DNA from: a virus
Strand: one strand, 5' to 3'
DNA length: 64,000 bases
IMG/VR virus record: IMGVR_UViG_3300035158_000293
Coordinates: 32,001-96,000 of that record
Shown: positions 29,001 through 36,932 of the stretch, one piece after another
Position numbering within the stretch: position 1 is the stretch's first letter
How the letters are laid out: each line of letters opens with the position of its first letter
Program-made: the position numbers and the translations under genes
The notes under the pieces: generated by a model
Database searches by the model: none
What the model was told of the DNA's origin: nothing
What the model saw: the letters and a program-made list of their open reading frames with translations, nothing else

Positions 29001-30902
29001 CATGTTCGTCTCTCCCAATTTATTGGTGCCACTCTCCAAAAGACCACGCTCTTTCAGTTTGTTGTAAGCCTCGTCCCCCAGCTTGTTTGCGATACTGTAC
29101 GGCATGTTCTTGAACACGTCGTTAATTATGTAGCCGGGTTCGGCTGCACCCCGCGAACGTCGGAAGAATGGGAGAAGCTGATCCAGTATGCCGTCTACTG
29201 TGTGCCACTTATTACTGCTGGGTTTTTCTTTTTTGATCCGCTTGGCAAGCTCGGCAAGTGTGGCCTTGCGTACTTCCTGCGGCTCAAAGAACTGGTAGTC
29301 GAGAAGGCCCGTACCGGAACCCTCGCCGTACTCCTCTATGAACTCCTCACGAGTCATAGGTACAAACTGTCCGTAACGCTCACCTCTGACGTAAACCTTC
29401 GTGATCTGACGAGGTGACACCCGCCCAATGAACAACGCTTGAGGCTCCTGACCCTTGTCCAGTAGTCCGAACGAAACACTCGGTCGGAAAGACTTGGGGT
29501 ACGACTTCCTCCAAAGATCGTCCTCGCGTTCCTGTTCTGCCGGGTTTTGACTGAACAGGTCTTTACCCTGCACCGTGAACCGCAGGATAACGGGTCCGAA
29601 CTTTTCGGCTGTTTTGTAGTCCGGCGCGACAAACAACCCACGGTCAAGCCGCTTGCCTCCTGAATAGTGCGGGTAAAGACGGTGTGTTGGCTTGGTGGCG
29701 TCGACGCCTTTGCGGACAAACTCCAAGGCGGTTTTTTGGTCTGTGCCGTGGAACAGTTGGAGTTTGGTGTTGGGCCGTAGCCGTGCGATGCTTCCGCGCT
29801 TGCCTTCATGGAGAGCTTCGGATTCCTCCATCCGCTCCCGCGTTCCAACGCCCTCATTCACCAGCCGTAGTTCGCCATGAGGCACGTCAAACGGGTTGTC
29901 GTAACCTTTGTCAACCGTTCGGAACCAAACACGCCTGTCAGAGCCTTCGGCAAACCGTTTGATAGCCGCATCTGTCTTTGCCACGGCCACTACCTTGTCA
30001 CCTTCCCTGACGTTGTACAGGTATTTGCCACGGTGTGTCTGCGTAATAATGTAATCACCGGGTGCGGGTGACGACCACCCTTGTGTACTCTCAATTTTGA
30101 GGTTCCTCTGCGCAAGTTCCTTCATGTGTGCCTGCGTCAACTTTTTTCTGCGGGATCGGCGTTTGCGCGGTTTCATGCCGGGTCGCGCATGGCTCATAGG
30201 CACTACCTGCACGTCGGTGATACCGCTTTTCTTCAACCAATTCTTAACACGGGACACCATGTTCTGATCAAGCACCAGCACCTTGTCCAACCATTCAGGA
30301 CGAAACTTGAAATCCCCTCCCCGCAACCATTCGTCTTCTTCCGCGTACTGTTCCATGAAAGCGTCGAGCATCATACCGCGCTTGACGTCCCAAAAATCAC
30401 CGACGAGGTAGTCCTCATATTCTTCCTCTTCGAACGGCTCCCCATCTTCATCAAACACACCTCCCTGAGCAGCGGCGGACGCCAACTCGTCGGGGGTTTC
30501 AATAACCCCGCCCTCCGCGTCAAAAAACTCCTCATACGGGAAGGTATCCATAGCCATGCCGTATGCTTGCTCCGCAGCAACATCGGTCATTTCGGGAGAC
30601 TGTGCGAGGACGTATTCAACAGCCGTTGGGTTTTCGTCAAACCAGTCCTCGGTGTAGTGGACCTCTGTAAAGTGTGATTCGAGTGGTTTGCGATGGAACG
30701 CTAAAATCACATCGTGATGTGTCCCGAACATCCCACCTTCAAGCGGATAAGTCGAAAGGCTGACGAAAGCGGGTCCGCCCATGTATGATGCGTTGGCTTT
30801 CAACGTCCGGGATTTGAGGATGTCCCTGAGAGCTTTGTAGTGTGTGGTGTGAAAGAAGTGCTTGGTCTGCGCTTCGAACAGAGAAATTCCGCTGTTACCC
30901 AT
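20088..30902 (-). CDS. 3604-aa polyvalent, probably virion-associated protein with multiple ART-like domains and a YodL-like domain
   Basis: FFHTT..FVSLS..EEDEW; LFHGT..GLFVAP; FYLSF..GVSSS..NEGEW; YFHGTT..GNYFT; HTSMSIGDVIV. Confidence 0.8.
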   Translation of the reverse strand: MGNSGISLFEAQTKHFFHTTHYKALRDILKSRTLKANASYMGGPAFVSLSTYPLEGGMFGTHHDVILAFHRKPLESHFTEVHYTEDWFDENPTAVEYVLAQSPEMTDVAAEQAYGMAMDTFPYEEFFDAEGGVIETPDELASAAAQGGVFDEDGEPFEEEEYEDYLVGDFWDVKRGMMLDAFMEQYAEEDEWLRGGDFKFRPEWLDKVLVLDQNMVSRVKNWLKKSGITDVQVVPMSHARPGMKPRKRRSRRKKLTQAHMKELAQRNLKIESTQGWSSPAPGDYIITQTHRGKYLYNVREGDKVVAVAKTDAAIKRFAEGSDRRVWFRTVDKGYDNPFDVPHGELRLVNEGVGTRERMEESEALHEGKRGSIARLRPNTKLQLFHGTDQKTALEFVRKGVDATKPTHRLYPHYSGGKRLDRGLFVAPDYKTAEKFGPVILRFTVQGKDLFSQNPAEQEREDDLWRKSYPKSFRPSVSFGLLDKGQEPQALFIGRVSPRQITKVYVRGERYGQFVPMTREEFIEEYGEGSGTGLLDYQFFEPQEVRKATLAELAKRIKKEKPSSNKWHTVDGILDQLLPFFRRSRGAAEPGYIINDVFKNMPYSIANKLGDEAYNKLKERGLLESGTNKLGETNMKGLPNGDTNEHTATFAGRPLVEASYTDADIPEFFYLSFDVYKPSHLESLKKRRLEGAAGVSSSEDIQYLFNKSAALKMPGRAFVEENAVSRVMYDNPMYLTAKNCDALYRLFDASKTPIGLTQVYRNVFEYMIEAFKSDSKYKTLVMENRHIAGHSKLADVARKNPPKKIRGPRDIAKWLKKVGIPKLREEDYTYKRFADALDEVPMKELERKITEGLKLIGQVYKNEGEWIIKDRDLKIPKGSELLIGISQLEDVTNYMEWRDKPSEEWPDILRMKHALDGDTWDEKADLLKEIKKLESDYTIEIVSAKDKNSRFKSWIKARMNESVTEADDTEEALPYYPVYGKHEFIYGEDLDNYEVFDAGVVIAGVEYDKAIMPAGVDGPVKVFFVSDDQEDDVVTAFETSAYAREALASIRRNVETGRKTGQTVYYTYSVLDDFAEKLQNLRTKLRSIRTGSYQKRERFADKDSERDKGLFQTKKEKEQTEYSIDVKEYGDEPFVVMQGEVEVARFATFADALARTKIPVTESDEAAEEEETCAGEHPEHSITTTHPGKDAIVKGDSSTMPSSDGYLLTGKYTSPEGTNPDGEDGDEDEDDNEIEIELPGMEIEIEFDDDFWEGFDTTSNLTEAKALYFHGTTTKFGRSILKQGFKLNQKQKVWDQKNQALASLDGNYFTQNFLTALSSARDATNKFGGDPMLFAVQIETRTAKTDEDQLPDPGSVAVMAAPAGMAITKYTVKEFDPEPDEEFEARYNYQDPDLADWEREYIEGERDKALAQRRDTFEGFVAKYIERMAASQNVDPVKIRRTAEKEIKDFLKAWVRNYEGPGRTDQHNPKIRKELEALVDKLGPVLNRPTTTALQSQYPNVRVTEPITFRGANKIVGAAVIFGKDRDDYVLPVYGNARAIAAGCEKALGHGGVDVLKKTNFRNVERVKAEVLGESAFTQHVFGTEIEAQTTQKRKTNEDARESIFDIDMTRGTNPRKKNAHGRACAFSEGKNEHNQTHRREFDTMSINEPNESTVVSESKQKRFGDEIAKLYRKDTTEKLSPKLQREATNYAARNNEGVALTKQLARAAWMHMPQIEDEEYFTDLFRQAFDRAVGELKLEEQRQKAQITWDYVPLDIERCASCNTVLAEDEPVVVDEEARTMCLDCVDRRKQQPYFEEIAETYQGTIEAGMITSRFGTWGVKKTEAGTLVVLKGKAYDVPNTFEEVHSLVKEIHGMYEDLPEECDAMIEAFLEEYTRDAGTETPESQKVQKQANPEPAEPEEEGARERLLGFGLLTNDNEDHITADPTLAKESEESGMGNLHEAKGETGKLARKVLRLEEGAGTQEEQREQYRKLVAEAKKNVGKAPKLLQPYIRDAIKRVEKELANPNSDPSDWADAELKRLDVRGREVKRIDRWMKEQNAMHYDPKVKGTPHPDWEPVSGSRRLSCNVSGDYGSVSISSTTKEMYVSWTPWTMTVAKKAGVKVEGEEGGQTLPEEVSETENGVQGFDVDTMSMEEEGRRKGKGTEGLKESVMGRGRYGIAAGAYEVVGKTVSGMPVLRKREVCESVAGTHFPKFTRVEGSLAFFRGGIVERGRILAHRADYRHALLNPLQDAASTPMTTIEAGAGSAPFAPDPADLHPLFGAQIPFVPPEETEEGKTADTSVTLPATDRGFAALDQGQNAGLAQETTEAGDNMLKSATNAVDVHNAFPNISPELAAVIAAQVQKGKVTTEQALRDIGERVKHPVERLDDLVYVDRGDAGQPTFMLLNGRVYLDSLARYNLIHGGDRTDGVGLLGEGWKRLGTIDRTRYKKRQGLEGPFQTPTGKVVYYDPREGCYYDPDTDIYYPRNKNPFQESIVEFLEPQEQYVGSDLVNGWSVMFTTESGSTDGPFRVYVNEGNDVNAYRLWSTFPTFAQAMTSAAAHVGQMPRGNSTLHKYDIPEVALKTSRGTFGESKWRAPIITRDVHYGDGKRVTLRRDESGVTIRRGEQVVGSVIRASAAVGDGQTASVYSVQIDSPDVDAVAVTQAVERVLPEFMEEVVRKQAAVSDLSVYPWQGGDAYKYPIGKGRNEPAVKQTDMTKLEKGEALVTLPRSRIAAKTEAVAPDANTIEVSLTVEDSAPDRYVYRTARVDGTRILRIKNDKAVVRITLENSREFTYKFPDQVTASAFAFNVAQGRDWTLDKLNALARNVNQQVTVGEAEDCDYTVQEILRIIDRIERGVSIDTTSKPDDSEVPTNTHTITEGNRCDIVEARKPIEIEWSKQPGRGVVDEFALYVDYDLPKTAPGKAAKPRYAGTKDTRGANVPRALFKNLTQNNRDMNPVYKFKAPEQLDTFVARVKTKARWTEDDLDALAKREGGLRITKLNRYLDSMIRGLKAESSDTMSNDLAEGRDIAAAKKLVKPGYVGTEWETAAGRDAKEPTVIRRVEAYDEDKGMVAISQSDRPAKFMELLPVDQLVGEIAFNRAQAEAAKAKAQTSKEKEEEQQKKQADYEDTDGFAEQFPPLRAGRVRKHLHTRINVPVGIGTNKRVPLKGRDLIRGLVRAGWRVKRGRGGRRIVKGASFFVEKDLSKTLLDYAEYLYPKRKQIKPVKGLPKHFTEDIHPAVFGIGGVVMVPLAEGSPVNEVTEYRNLNVAARYVPGLAEGDTEIWYMKTGVSRDLGMGFDWAKDHDALPDPKNLRKTHILLGKVKERDPEKLFRAMQARLWSPHGEARKLLKQKGIDHTSMSIGDVIVTGNKVLLVDRGGFVDLKKVQESDAVARLHPEQVHHGVLAEERRGILQEGSKRSFPAGTPKQKTAAESILKKLERKLQMEADTLASFYEPEEEPHPLYNPDKATLDKVVKLTLDVLYSVHAGEIVRVAKLRGFDDPNAFFRYFGRWLAGRRDPWDFPVKGMEFVNALKSLSECAFGPYGIESPGPDDLLVLQSFPRKNLYEAKIGDIIIARFESDAALREFVEGATTRVWFQAAEGSNPFNAPEGLTTLIKEADAE

Positions 30903-31007
30903 TGTTTTGTCCTTCCGTAAAGTGCGGCGGCTTCACCGGAAGGGCCGTTCAAAAAGGACCGTTTCACGGAAGTTACGACCGCGTTCGTGGAATTCGTTTA
31001 CCGGTTG

Positions 31008-34000
31008 TTATGCGAGCATGCCGTAGCCGTCACCAACCTCCAAATCACCTTCAGCCGAAACCATCATGGTTCCGCATTTGGGGCACTCCATGCCCCGCGC
31101 GGTTGACTGTTTCGGTCCTGTGGAGTAACCACAGCCCGGACACCGCATGAGCCCCACAGACATCGCAAAACCACCGCTGGAGAAACCACCCGTGCTCGCA
31201 GTTGTAGTGACTTCCTTGAGCCTTTTTGCGGTCTTGCCTGTGAAGCCGCTCTCTTGATACTTCTTGTACGCCAACTTGTCGAACTTGCCTTTCTTGGCTT
31301 CCCTCTCAAACTGATCCCGCATCATCTCTGCGGCTCTCTGACGTATCTGTGGAGTAACGTCGAGATAAGGAATGCCTACAACCTTGGAGGCACCTTTGTA
31401 CGCCGCATTGGACAGAGTGAGAAACTTCTTCACCGCCTGCTCGCGGTCGTAGTCACCTTTGGCGACGTGGTTGATCATCGACCTGCAAGCTTGCTGCCAT
31501 GCGGGTTCCGCGGCCATTTGAATCGTTTTGACAATGAAGTCCGCCATCTTCTTACCATACGGCGTTTCTTCATCGCCTTCTCCTTCATCGAGGTGTTCCA
31601 CGCTCTCCATGAACATGCGGACCTTGCGCTGTATCTCCGCCAACCGTGCTGTTTTGTCTAATTTGAAATTGTCGTCCTCTTCATCCTCGTCGGGGTCGTA
31701 CTTAGGGCGCGTAGCCTTGATAACAGCCATTAAGTCAACCGCCTCGTTCAACGCTTCGGGAAACAACTCACGACGTCGTGCTTTGACCCGTTCTATCATA
31801 GGCTCCCATGAACCATATCCGGGATCAAGACGCTCACCATACTGACGCAACGTGTCGGGTGTCATGTACCTTTCTTGTCCGCGCTCTTCAAAGCGTAGTA
31901 ACACGCGGCAATCACTCCCGTCGCTCTCGTTTGGGCCGTTTACAAACAACAGACCGACACTCTCCAAATGCACCGACGATTCCCCGATGATTTGCATAGG
32001 CCAATTCTGCTTGACGATGGGCAAGTAAACACCCTCGCTGGTTGAAGCGTTTGCACCAAACGATACCTGATTGAACGGCACCGGCTTGTGTCGGCTAAGG
32101 TGTGCAACCTGCCTTGCGAGTTTGGTCTGTTTCGGGGTTGAGTAGTCGAACGTCTCTTGGAGATTTGACACAACGTCAAACCCTTCAACCACGTAATCTT
32201 TCGGCTTATGTGTGTAAGGGGATAAACCAACAGGCAATCCGGTGGGAGGTACGAATGCGTCAGGGTTGTTGCTCAAATACTCCTCCATGTCCTTGCGTAG
32301 TATCTTCATCAAACCCCTCTTGTCGCCATCCTTTTCAGGGTCTGTTATTTGATCGTTGAAAACCTCCATGAAACGCTGCGCCCACCAAGGGTTCTGAGGC
32401 ACGGTAAAGAGTGTTTGCTTCTTGGGGTCGTTCAACGCCCGCCCTATTTCTGCAATGCTGTAATTATTCAACTGCGCAGACTCACCGAATAACTCTTGCA
32501 AATACGATAGGTAGTTTTGTACCTCTGGTTTAAGCCCTTTGAACTTCTCCACGGACTCCAAGTAGCTCTCTTTATCGGTCCGCCCTATTTCTTCAATCTT
32601 GTTACCGCCCTCGCTACTAACCTTAACCAACCAAATTTTTTCGTTCCCCTCGGCATCAACTGCGGCGTAATATGCTTTGCGGTATAATTTCCCTTTGTGT
32701 TTACCTACGCCTTCTGTTTCCTCGTACTTCTCTATGGTATCGAAGGTTAGGTTTTTCAAATCCTCAACCGTTCTACTCACACGGTCAGGAATTACAGGGC
32801 TCGACGGCGGCGCGGGAGGGGCCTCTGTAACGGTAGGCTCAGAATCCAAACCCTCACCGGTGATTTTCTTCTTAATCTTAGCATACCACTCACGAACCTG
32901 ATCAAAACCTTCTTTTACATCGTTGCCATAGGTAACATACTCGGCAGCACCTTGATCTATATACCCACCGCGATCCTCAACCTCCTTCAACAAGTCTTCA
33001 TTATTCCACGGATAGGTCAACGTAAGATTGAACCCTTCCTTGGACCCTGTCGATTTGGTTGCGCTGCGCTGTACTCCCTCGTCTGTAGTGTAAATCCCAA
33101 AGTAAATGCTCGCCGCGTCTAACCGACCTTGATTAACGGCGTTCAACAACTTTGTAAGGTTGACACTAATACCCGCAGGACCAACCTTTGACGTAAATGC
33201 TTTAGGCTTTGAATCGCTGGGAGAGAGTTTCAAAGCCCCTTTAACGGTGAAGCCGCCCTCGTTTACTACCTGCTCCTTCGGGATGTTGTTCTTGACCCAC
33301 TCGCGCAGCTCAAGGATTTTAGGATCGGTGGCCGCTTCCTTGGAGTCTTTGACAAACTCCGTGTAAACCTTACCCACGGCTTTCATGGCTTCCTTGAAAG
33401 CCTTAACACTCGGCACCGCCTCTATACCCTCGGACTTGAGGTATTCCTCAACCTGCTTTTCAGTCACAACCATTACATCGCCGTCTGGAACTTCAAAGGC
33501 GAACACACGGTGTACCAAATCAAATCCGCCACCATATGTAGGTAAGTCCTCGACCTGCAAACCCGCCCACTTCAACGAGAAGTCGCGGCCTGCCTCTTCA
33601 CTTTTCAAACCCATGCCTTCAACCGCATCACCAGAGATGATCTTCACGTTGACTACAGGCTTGACTATGGGAACCCCGTAATTTGAGAACTCTTGTGTTG
33701 TAGCCTGAGTCTCCCCGTACTGAGAAGCAAACTCCGCTATCTTGACTTGCTTTTCGTCCGTATAGGTATCGGCTTCTTGATCTGCCGGTTTTTCGGCTTC
33801 TGTATCTGCCATAGCGTCGTCTTGTGTAGCGCCGGGTTCCAGATCAGGCTCCCCGGTTTCTTCGGGCGTTGGAATGTCCAACTGTTGCTCTCCGGGTACG
33901 CCTTCGACGGGCCACATGTCACCGTCCTCATACATATCGAGCAACTGATCATCCCAAACGTGGGTCAGCGTGTCCTGCCCAAGTAGATACAGCAAATAGA

Positions 34001-35837
34001 GAGGATCACCGTCAGGGTCGTTAATGACCGCGTAGATGTACGCCTTATTACCCGACGTATCGGTAACGTAATCCTTCAATTTGACCGGGCTTCCGTTCGC
34101 TTTGGCTGCCTTTGCAAAGTCGGTAGTGTGGATATTAACCATCTCAACACCGGCTTCAGCAATGTCTTGCAATTCCGGCTGTGTCGCCACGTAAGCTTCG
34201 ACCTCTGTACGACGGATGTCGTCAGAAGGAACGTCAACCTCTGTCTCGGGGACCGCGGAACTGGGTAGAGAAGCCCCGACGTAATCACCCCACTCGGTGA
34301 CAACTTTGTTCGTCAACTTCGACAGGCTGTGAATGTACTTTTTCAGAACGGCTTTGATGGACTTCTCGCTCGGCATGACCATCCAATCGCCAAGCTTGTC
34401 CTGCCATTTGCCGTTGGCCTGCACCGTATAGGTTGCGAAAGGTTTCCCCTGCTCCACACCGAAGCCACGAGTCTCCACCGTCATGGTGTTGTACATCTCG
34501 CCGGTAGCTCTCACAAGGAACTCAACGCGCAGATGTGGGAGCCCGACGCCCGGACCATAACCGGGGTCTTTTTGTGGTTCAACGTAAGCCACAAGCACCG
34601 CTGTGTCGGGTTGCCCTCCGGTTTTCGTAGTGTTCGTTTTTTCCACCGCCACAATAACGGGGAAGGAACCACCCAACTTGATCGTGTCGGGAATGTTTCC
34701 AGACTGGGCAAGTCGATCAGCCACGGGCTTCAACGCCTTGCGTAACGCGGGTTTGTATCGCGCCAAGAGCTTTTCCAACTCTTTCACGGTGTACTTCTTT
34801 TTAAGCCCTTGTTTGCGACGGTGTTTCGTCTTGAAGTAGTACTTCTTGGGGAACTTCTTGGCCTTGGCTTCATACAACGCAACAAGATCAGACCTGTCGT
34901 ACAGACTTTCACAAATGCGAGCCTTTGCACGAGTCAATTGCGTGCTTGACATTGAGTCAAACCGCTCCCGCAGACGCTCTATGTCTTCTGTAAGCGGTGT
35001 CCAATTCTCTGCGTCCGTAGTCACCCATCGAACCTTTTGGGCATCCTCTGCCACCACCCTGATTCGACCACCTATACGATGAAGCTGTGCTTGTTCCAAA
35101 TCCACGTCGAAGAGGTGCTCCACAAGCTTGCCAGCGAGCACCTTTTCAACCACGGCCTCCTCATATTTCTTCATGGTGTCTTTCGCCAACTCCGGCTCTT
35201 TTTCTGGCTTCTTGTCTTCTTCCTCCTCTTCGCTACCTTTGTCTTTCTTTTTTGTCGCGGGTCCGGGACGTCCACCCTTGACGGGCTTGCCTTCAAGGAT
35301 AACCACATCAGACACCACCCCGTCTTCGGGAGCCACCGAACCACCATTCACCAGCATATCGAAGGTTGCGATGCTGCTCGTAGTGCTTCTCAGACGCTCA
35401 AACTCCATATCAGACCACTTGCCCTCGAAAATAGCGAGGAAGGAACTACTTCCGGGGCGTACCTGCGTCTCCACGAATTTCTCATACAGGTCACGACGCT
35501 TGGTTAAAAGAAAGGTTTCAAATTCCAGAGCGGCCATGCCGGTGTCAGAGTTGGTGTACGTGGCGTCCTTCTCTATGAATTTCTTGGCAAACTCACGAGC
35601 ATCGACGCTCCCCAAAGCAACCGCTGTCTCCGTGATCAGATCAATATATGCCGCCGGATGTGCAACCGTCTCGCCCGTGATTGTAGTGGGAAGGTCAAGC
35701 CTGTCCCGCATGTCAGCGATGCGATCATAGAGAGAAACGTCGAGCTTGTCCACAAGGTCCGCCTCCAAGCGGCCTTCTTCAAGAGCTTGACGCAGACGTT
35801 TGCCTGAATACAGCGTGCATTTGGGTTGGGCCTTCAT
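31008..35837 (-). CDS. 1609-aa multidomain protein with C-terminal Zn ribbon
   Basis: GGAGG RBS; long ORF; CPGC...CPKC at C-terminus; LxE[AG] linkers. Confidence 0.8.
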   Translation of the reverse strand: MKAQPKCTLYSGKRLRQALEEGRLEADLVDKLDVSLYDRIADMRDRLDLPTTITGETVAHPAAYIDLITETAVALGSVDAREFAKKFIEKDATYTNSDTGMAALEFETFLLTKRRDLYEKFVETQVRPGSSSFLAIFEGKWSDMEFERLRSTTSSIATFDMLVNGGSVAPEDGVVSDVVILEGKPVKGGRPGPATKKKDKGSEEEEEDKKPEKEPELAKDTMKKYEEAVVEKVLAGKLVEHLFDVDLEQAQLHRIGGRIRVVAEDAQKVRWVTTDAENWTPLTEDIERLRERFDSMSSTQLTRAKARICESLYDRSDLVALYEAKAKKFPKKYYFKTKHRRKQGLKKKYTVKELEKLLARYKPALRKALKPVADRLAQSGNIPDTIKLGGSFPVIVAVEKTNTTKTGGQPDTAVLVAYVEPQKDPGYGPGVGLPHLRVEFLVRATGEMYNTMTVETRGFGVEQGKPFATYTVQANGKWQDKLGDWMVMPSEKSIKAVLKKYIHSLSKLTNKVVTEWGDYVGASLPSSAVPETEVDVPSDDIRRTEVEAYVATQPELQDIAEAGVEMVNIHTTDFAKAAKANGSPVKLKDYVTDTSGNKAYIYAVINDPDGDPLYLLYLLGQDTLTHVWDDQLLDMYEDGDMWPVEGVPGEQQLDIPTPEETGEPDLEPGATQDDAMADTEAEKPADQEADTYTDEKQVKIAEFASQYGETQATTQEFSNYGVPIVKPVVNVKIISGDAVEGMGLKSEEAGRDFSLKWAGLQVEDLPTYGGGFDLVHRVFAFEVPDGDVMVVTEKQVEEYLKSEGIEAVPSVKAFKEAMKAVGKVYTEFVKDSKEAATDPKILELREWVKNNIPKEQVVNEGGFTVKGALKLSPSDSKPKAFTSKVGPAGISVNLTKLLNAVNQGRLDAASIYFGIYTTDEGVQRSATKSTGSKEGFNLTLTYPWNNEDLLKEVEDRGGYIDQGAAEYVTYGNDVKEGFDQVREWYAKIKKKITGEGLDSEPTVTEAPPAPPSSPVIPDRVSRTVEDLKNLTFDTIEKYEETEGVGKHKGKLYRKAYYAAVDAEGNEKIWLVKVSSEGGNKIEEIGRTDKESYLESVEKFKGLKPEVQNYLSYLQELFGESAQLNNYSIAEIGRALNDPKKQTLFTVPQNPWWAQRFMEVFNDQITDPEKDGDKRGLMKILRKDMEEYLSNNPDAFVPPTGLPVGLSPYTHKPKDYVVEGFDVVSNLQETFDYSTPKQTKLARQVAHLSRHKPVPFNQVSFGANASTSEGVYLPIVKQNWPMQIIGESSVHLESVGLLFVNGPNESDGSDCRVLLRFEERGQERYMTPDTLRQYGERLDPGYGSWEPMIERVKARRRELFPEALNEAVDLMAVIKATRPKYDPDEDEEDDNFKLDKTARLAEIQRKVRMFMESVEHLDEGEGDEETPYGKKMADFIVKTIQMAAEPAWQQACRSMINHVAKGDYDREQAVKKFLTLSNAAYKGASKVVGIPYLDVTPQIRQRAAEMMRDQFEREAKKGKFDKLAYKKYQESGFTGKTAKRLKEVTTTASTGGFSSGGFAMSVGLMRCPGCGYSTGPKQSTARGMECPKCGTMMVSAEGDLEVGDGYGMLA

Positions 35838-35968
35838 AAAAAATACCTCCCACGTAAATGGTTTAGCGTAGAAGGTATTTTACTATGTGCCGTCCCGTAT
35901 TCAACCTCTTTCGGAGCTTTCGCCGCGCCCCCTCTCCAATTCAAGCCACACTCTTCTGAGGGGAAACG

Positions 35969-36877
35969 CTAGTCCCACTCCACCTGTTCCGTCTTGTCCA
36001 TGAAGGTCACGCCAGCAGGCCACTTTTCGGGGACCATTATCATGTAGTCCGTGAAAACTCGCGGGGAAAGAACATCGTCTTTCAACGCCACCTGCACGGC
36101 CTCGAACAGGTGAAACGCTTGGCAATTCCCCAAGGTGTCGGCATGCTCCCACACAAACAACCGACGTGTAGACATACGGCCTCGCCCCGCCGACCGGCTA
36201 AGGTCGAACATGTGGATGATGGCTTCCCACAGAGCATCCAAATCGGCGTAGGTAAAGCCTGTGTCTGCGGCGAGCATGGGGTTGACGAAACCTTCTGCGA
36301 CGTACAAACCGTAAGGGATCGTGTACTTGGAACCCATCTCCGTCTCGCTTTTGTGCGAGTCCGTTTTCTCCTGCGTAGTGTACGCCACCCGCGTGATCAT
36401 GTGGTTTTTGATCAGAACACGGCTCACCGACCGAGCATCTGTTATCTGTACCGGCCCTGTAACTTGTCCGTTGTTGAACGCCGTAGTGCTCATTACCGCA
36501 CCGAACGCCCGTACATCGAAAAAGTTTGCGCACATCCAATCCCGCGCCTGCGCAATGTCGTCCTTTGTGGCTTTCTCGGGGTCGATTTTCAAATTATCGT
36601 AGGACATCCTCTGACGACTCTCGAGAGCGTGCCCCGCCAGCACGAAGATGTCCTGCCCCTTTTCGACTTTACCGCCTTGCGAGTGCTTGTAGTAGTGAAA
36701 GTCCCGTATCTTGCGCTTCAGGCTTCCGTTGGAAACAAGCCCTTGAAATGTTTCCGGGTCCGTCCGTGGAGCGTTGTTGAAATCGGGATCACCGTTGGGG
36801 TTTCCGTCCACACAATCGAACATGATGAGAAAATCGTACCGCCGGTCAACTACCTTGTCACGTTTGGCGTCTGCCAT
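35969..36877 (-). CDS. cas7: Type I-C Cas7 (Csd2)
   Basis: RYDF...GNPNGDPD..NAPR.DPET..GLVS...LKRKIRD; FFDVRAFGAVM; GPVQ; MGSKYTIPYGLY. Confidence 0.97.
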   Translation of the reverse strand: MADAKRDKVVDRRYDFLIMFDCVDGNPNGDPDFNNAPRTDPETFQGLVSNGSLKRKIRDFHYYKHSQGGKVEKGQDIFVLAGHALESRQRMSYDNLKIDPEKATKDDIAQARDWMCANFFDVRAFGAVMSTTAFNNGQVTGPVQITDARSVSRVLIKNHMITRVAYTTQEKTDSHKSETEMGSKYTIPYGLYVAEGFVNPMLAADTGFTYADLDALWEAIIHMFDLSRSAGRGRMSTRRLFVWEHADTLGNCQAFHLFEAVQVALKDDVLSPRVFTDYMIMVPEKWPAGVTFMDKTEQVEWD

Positions 36878-36932
36878 TTTGTGATCCTTTCGTTTTTTGT
36901 TTGTTTCAACCTTTTTTTTTCAACATAACCCG

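Noticed and set aside
36880-36932. AT-rich segment as array leader
   Set aside because: Repeat polarity (ATTGAAA 3' end on minus) and operon direction place it downstream of the array; it holds the cas7 RBS and GTTGAAA remnants
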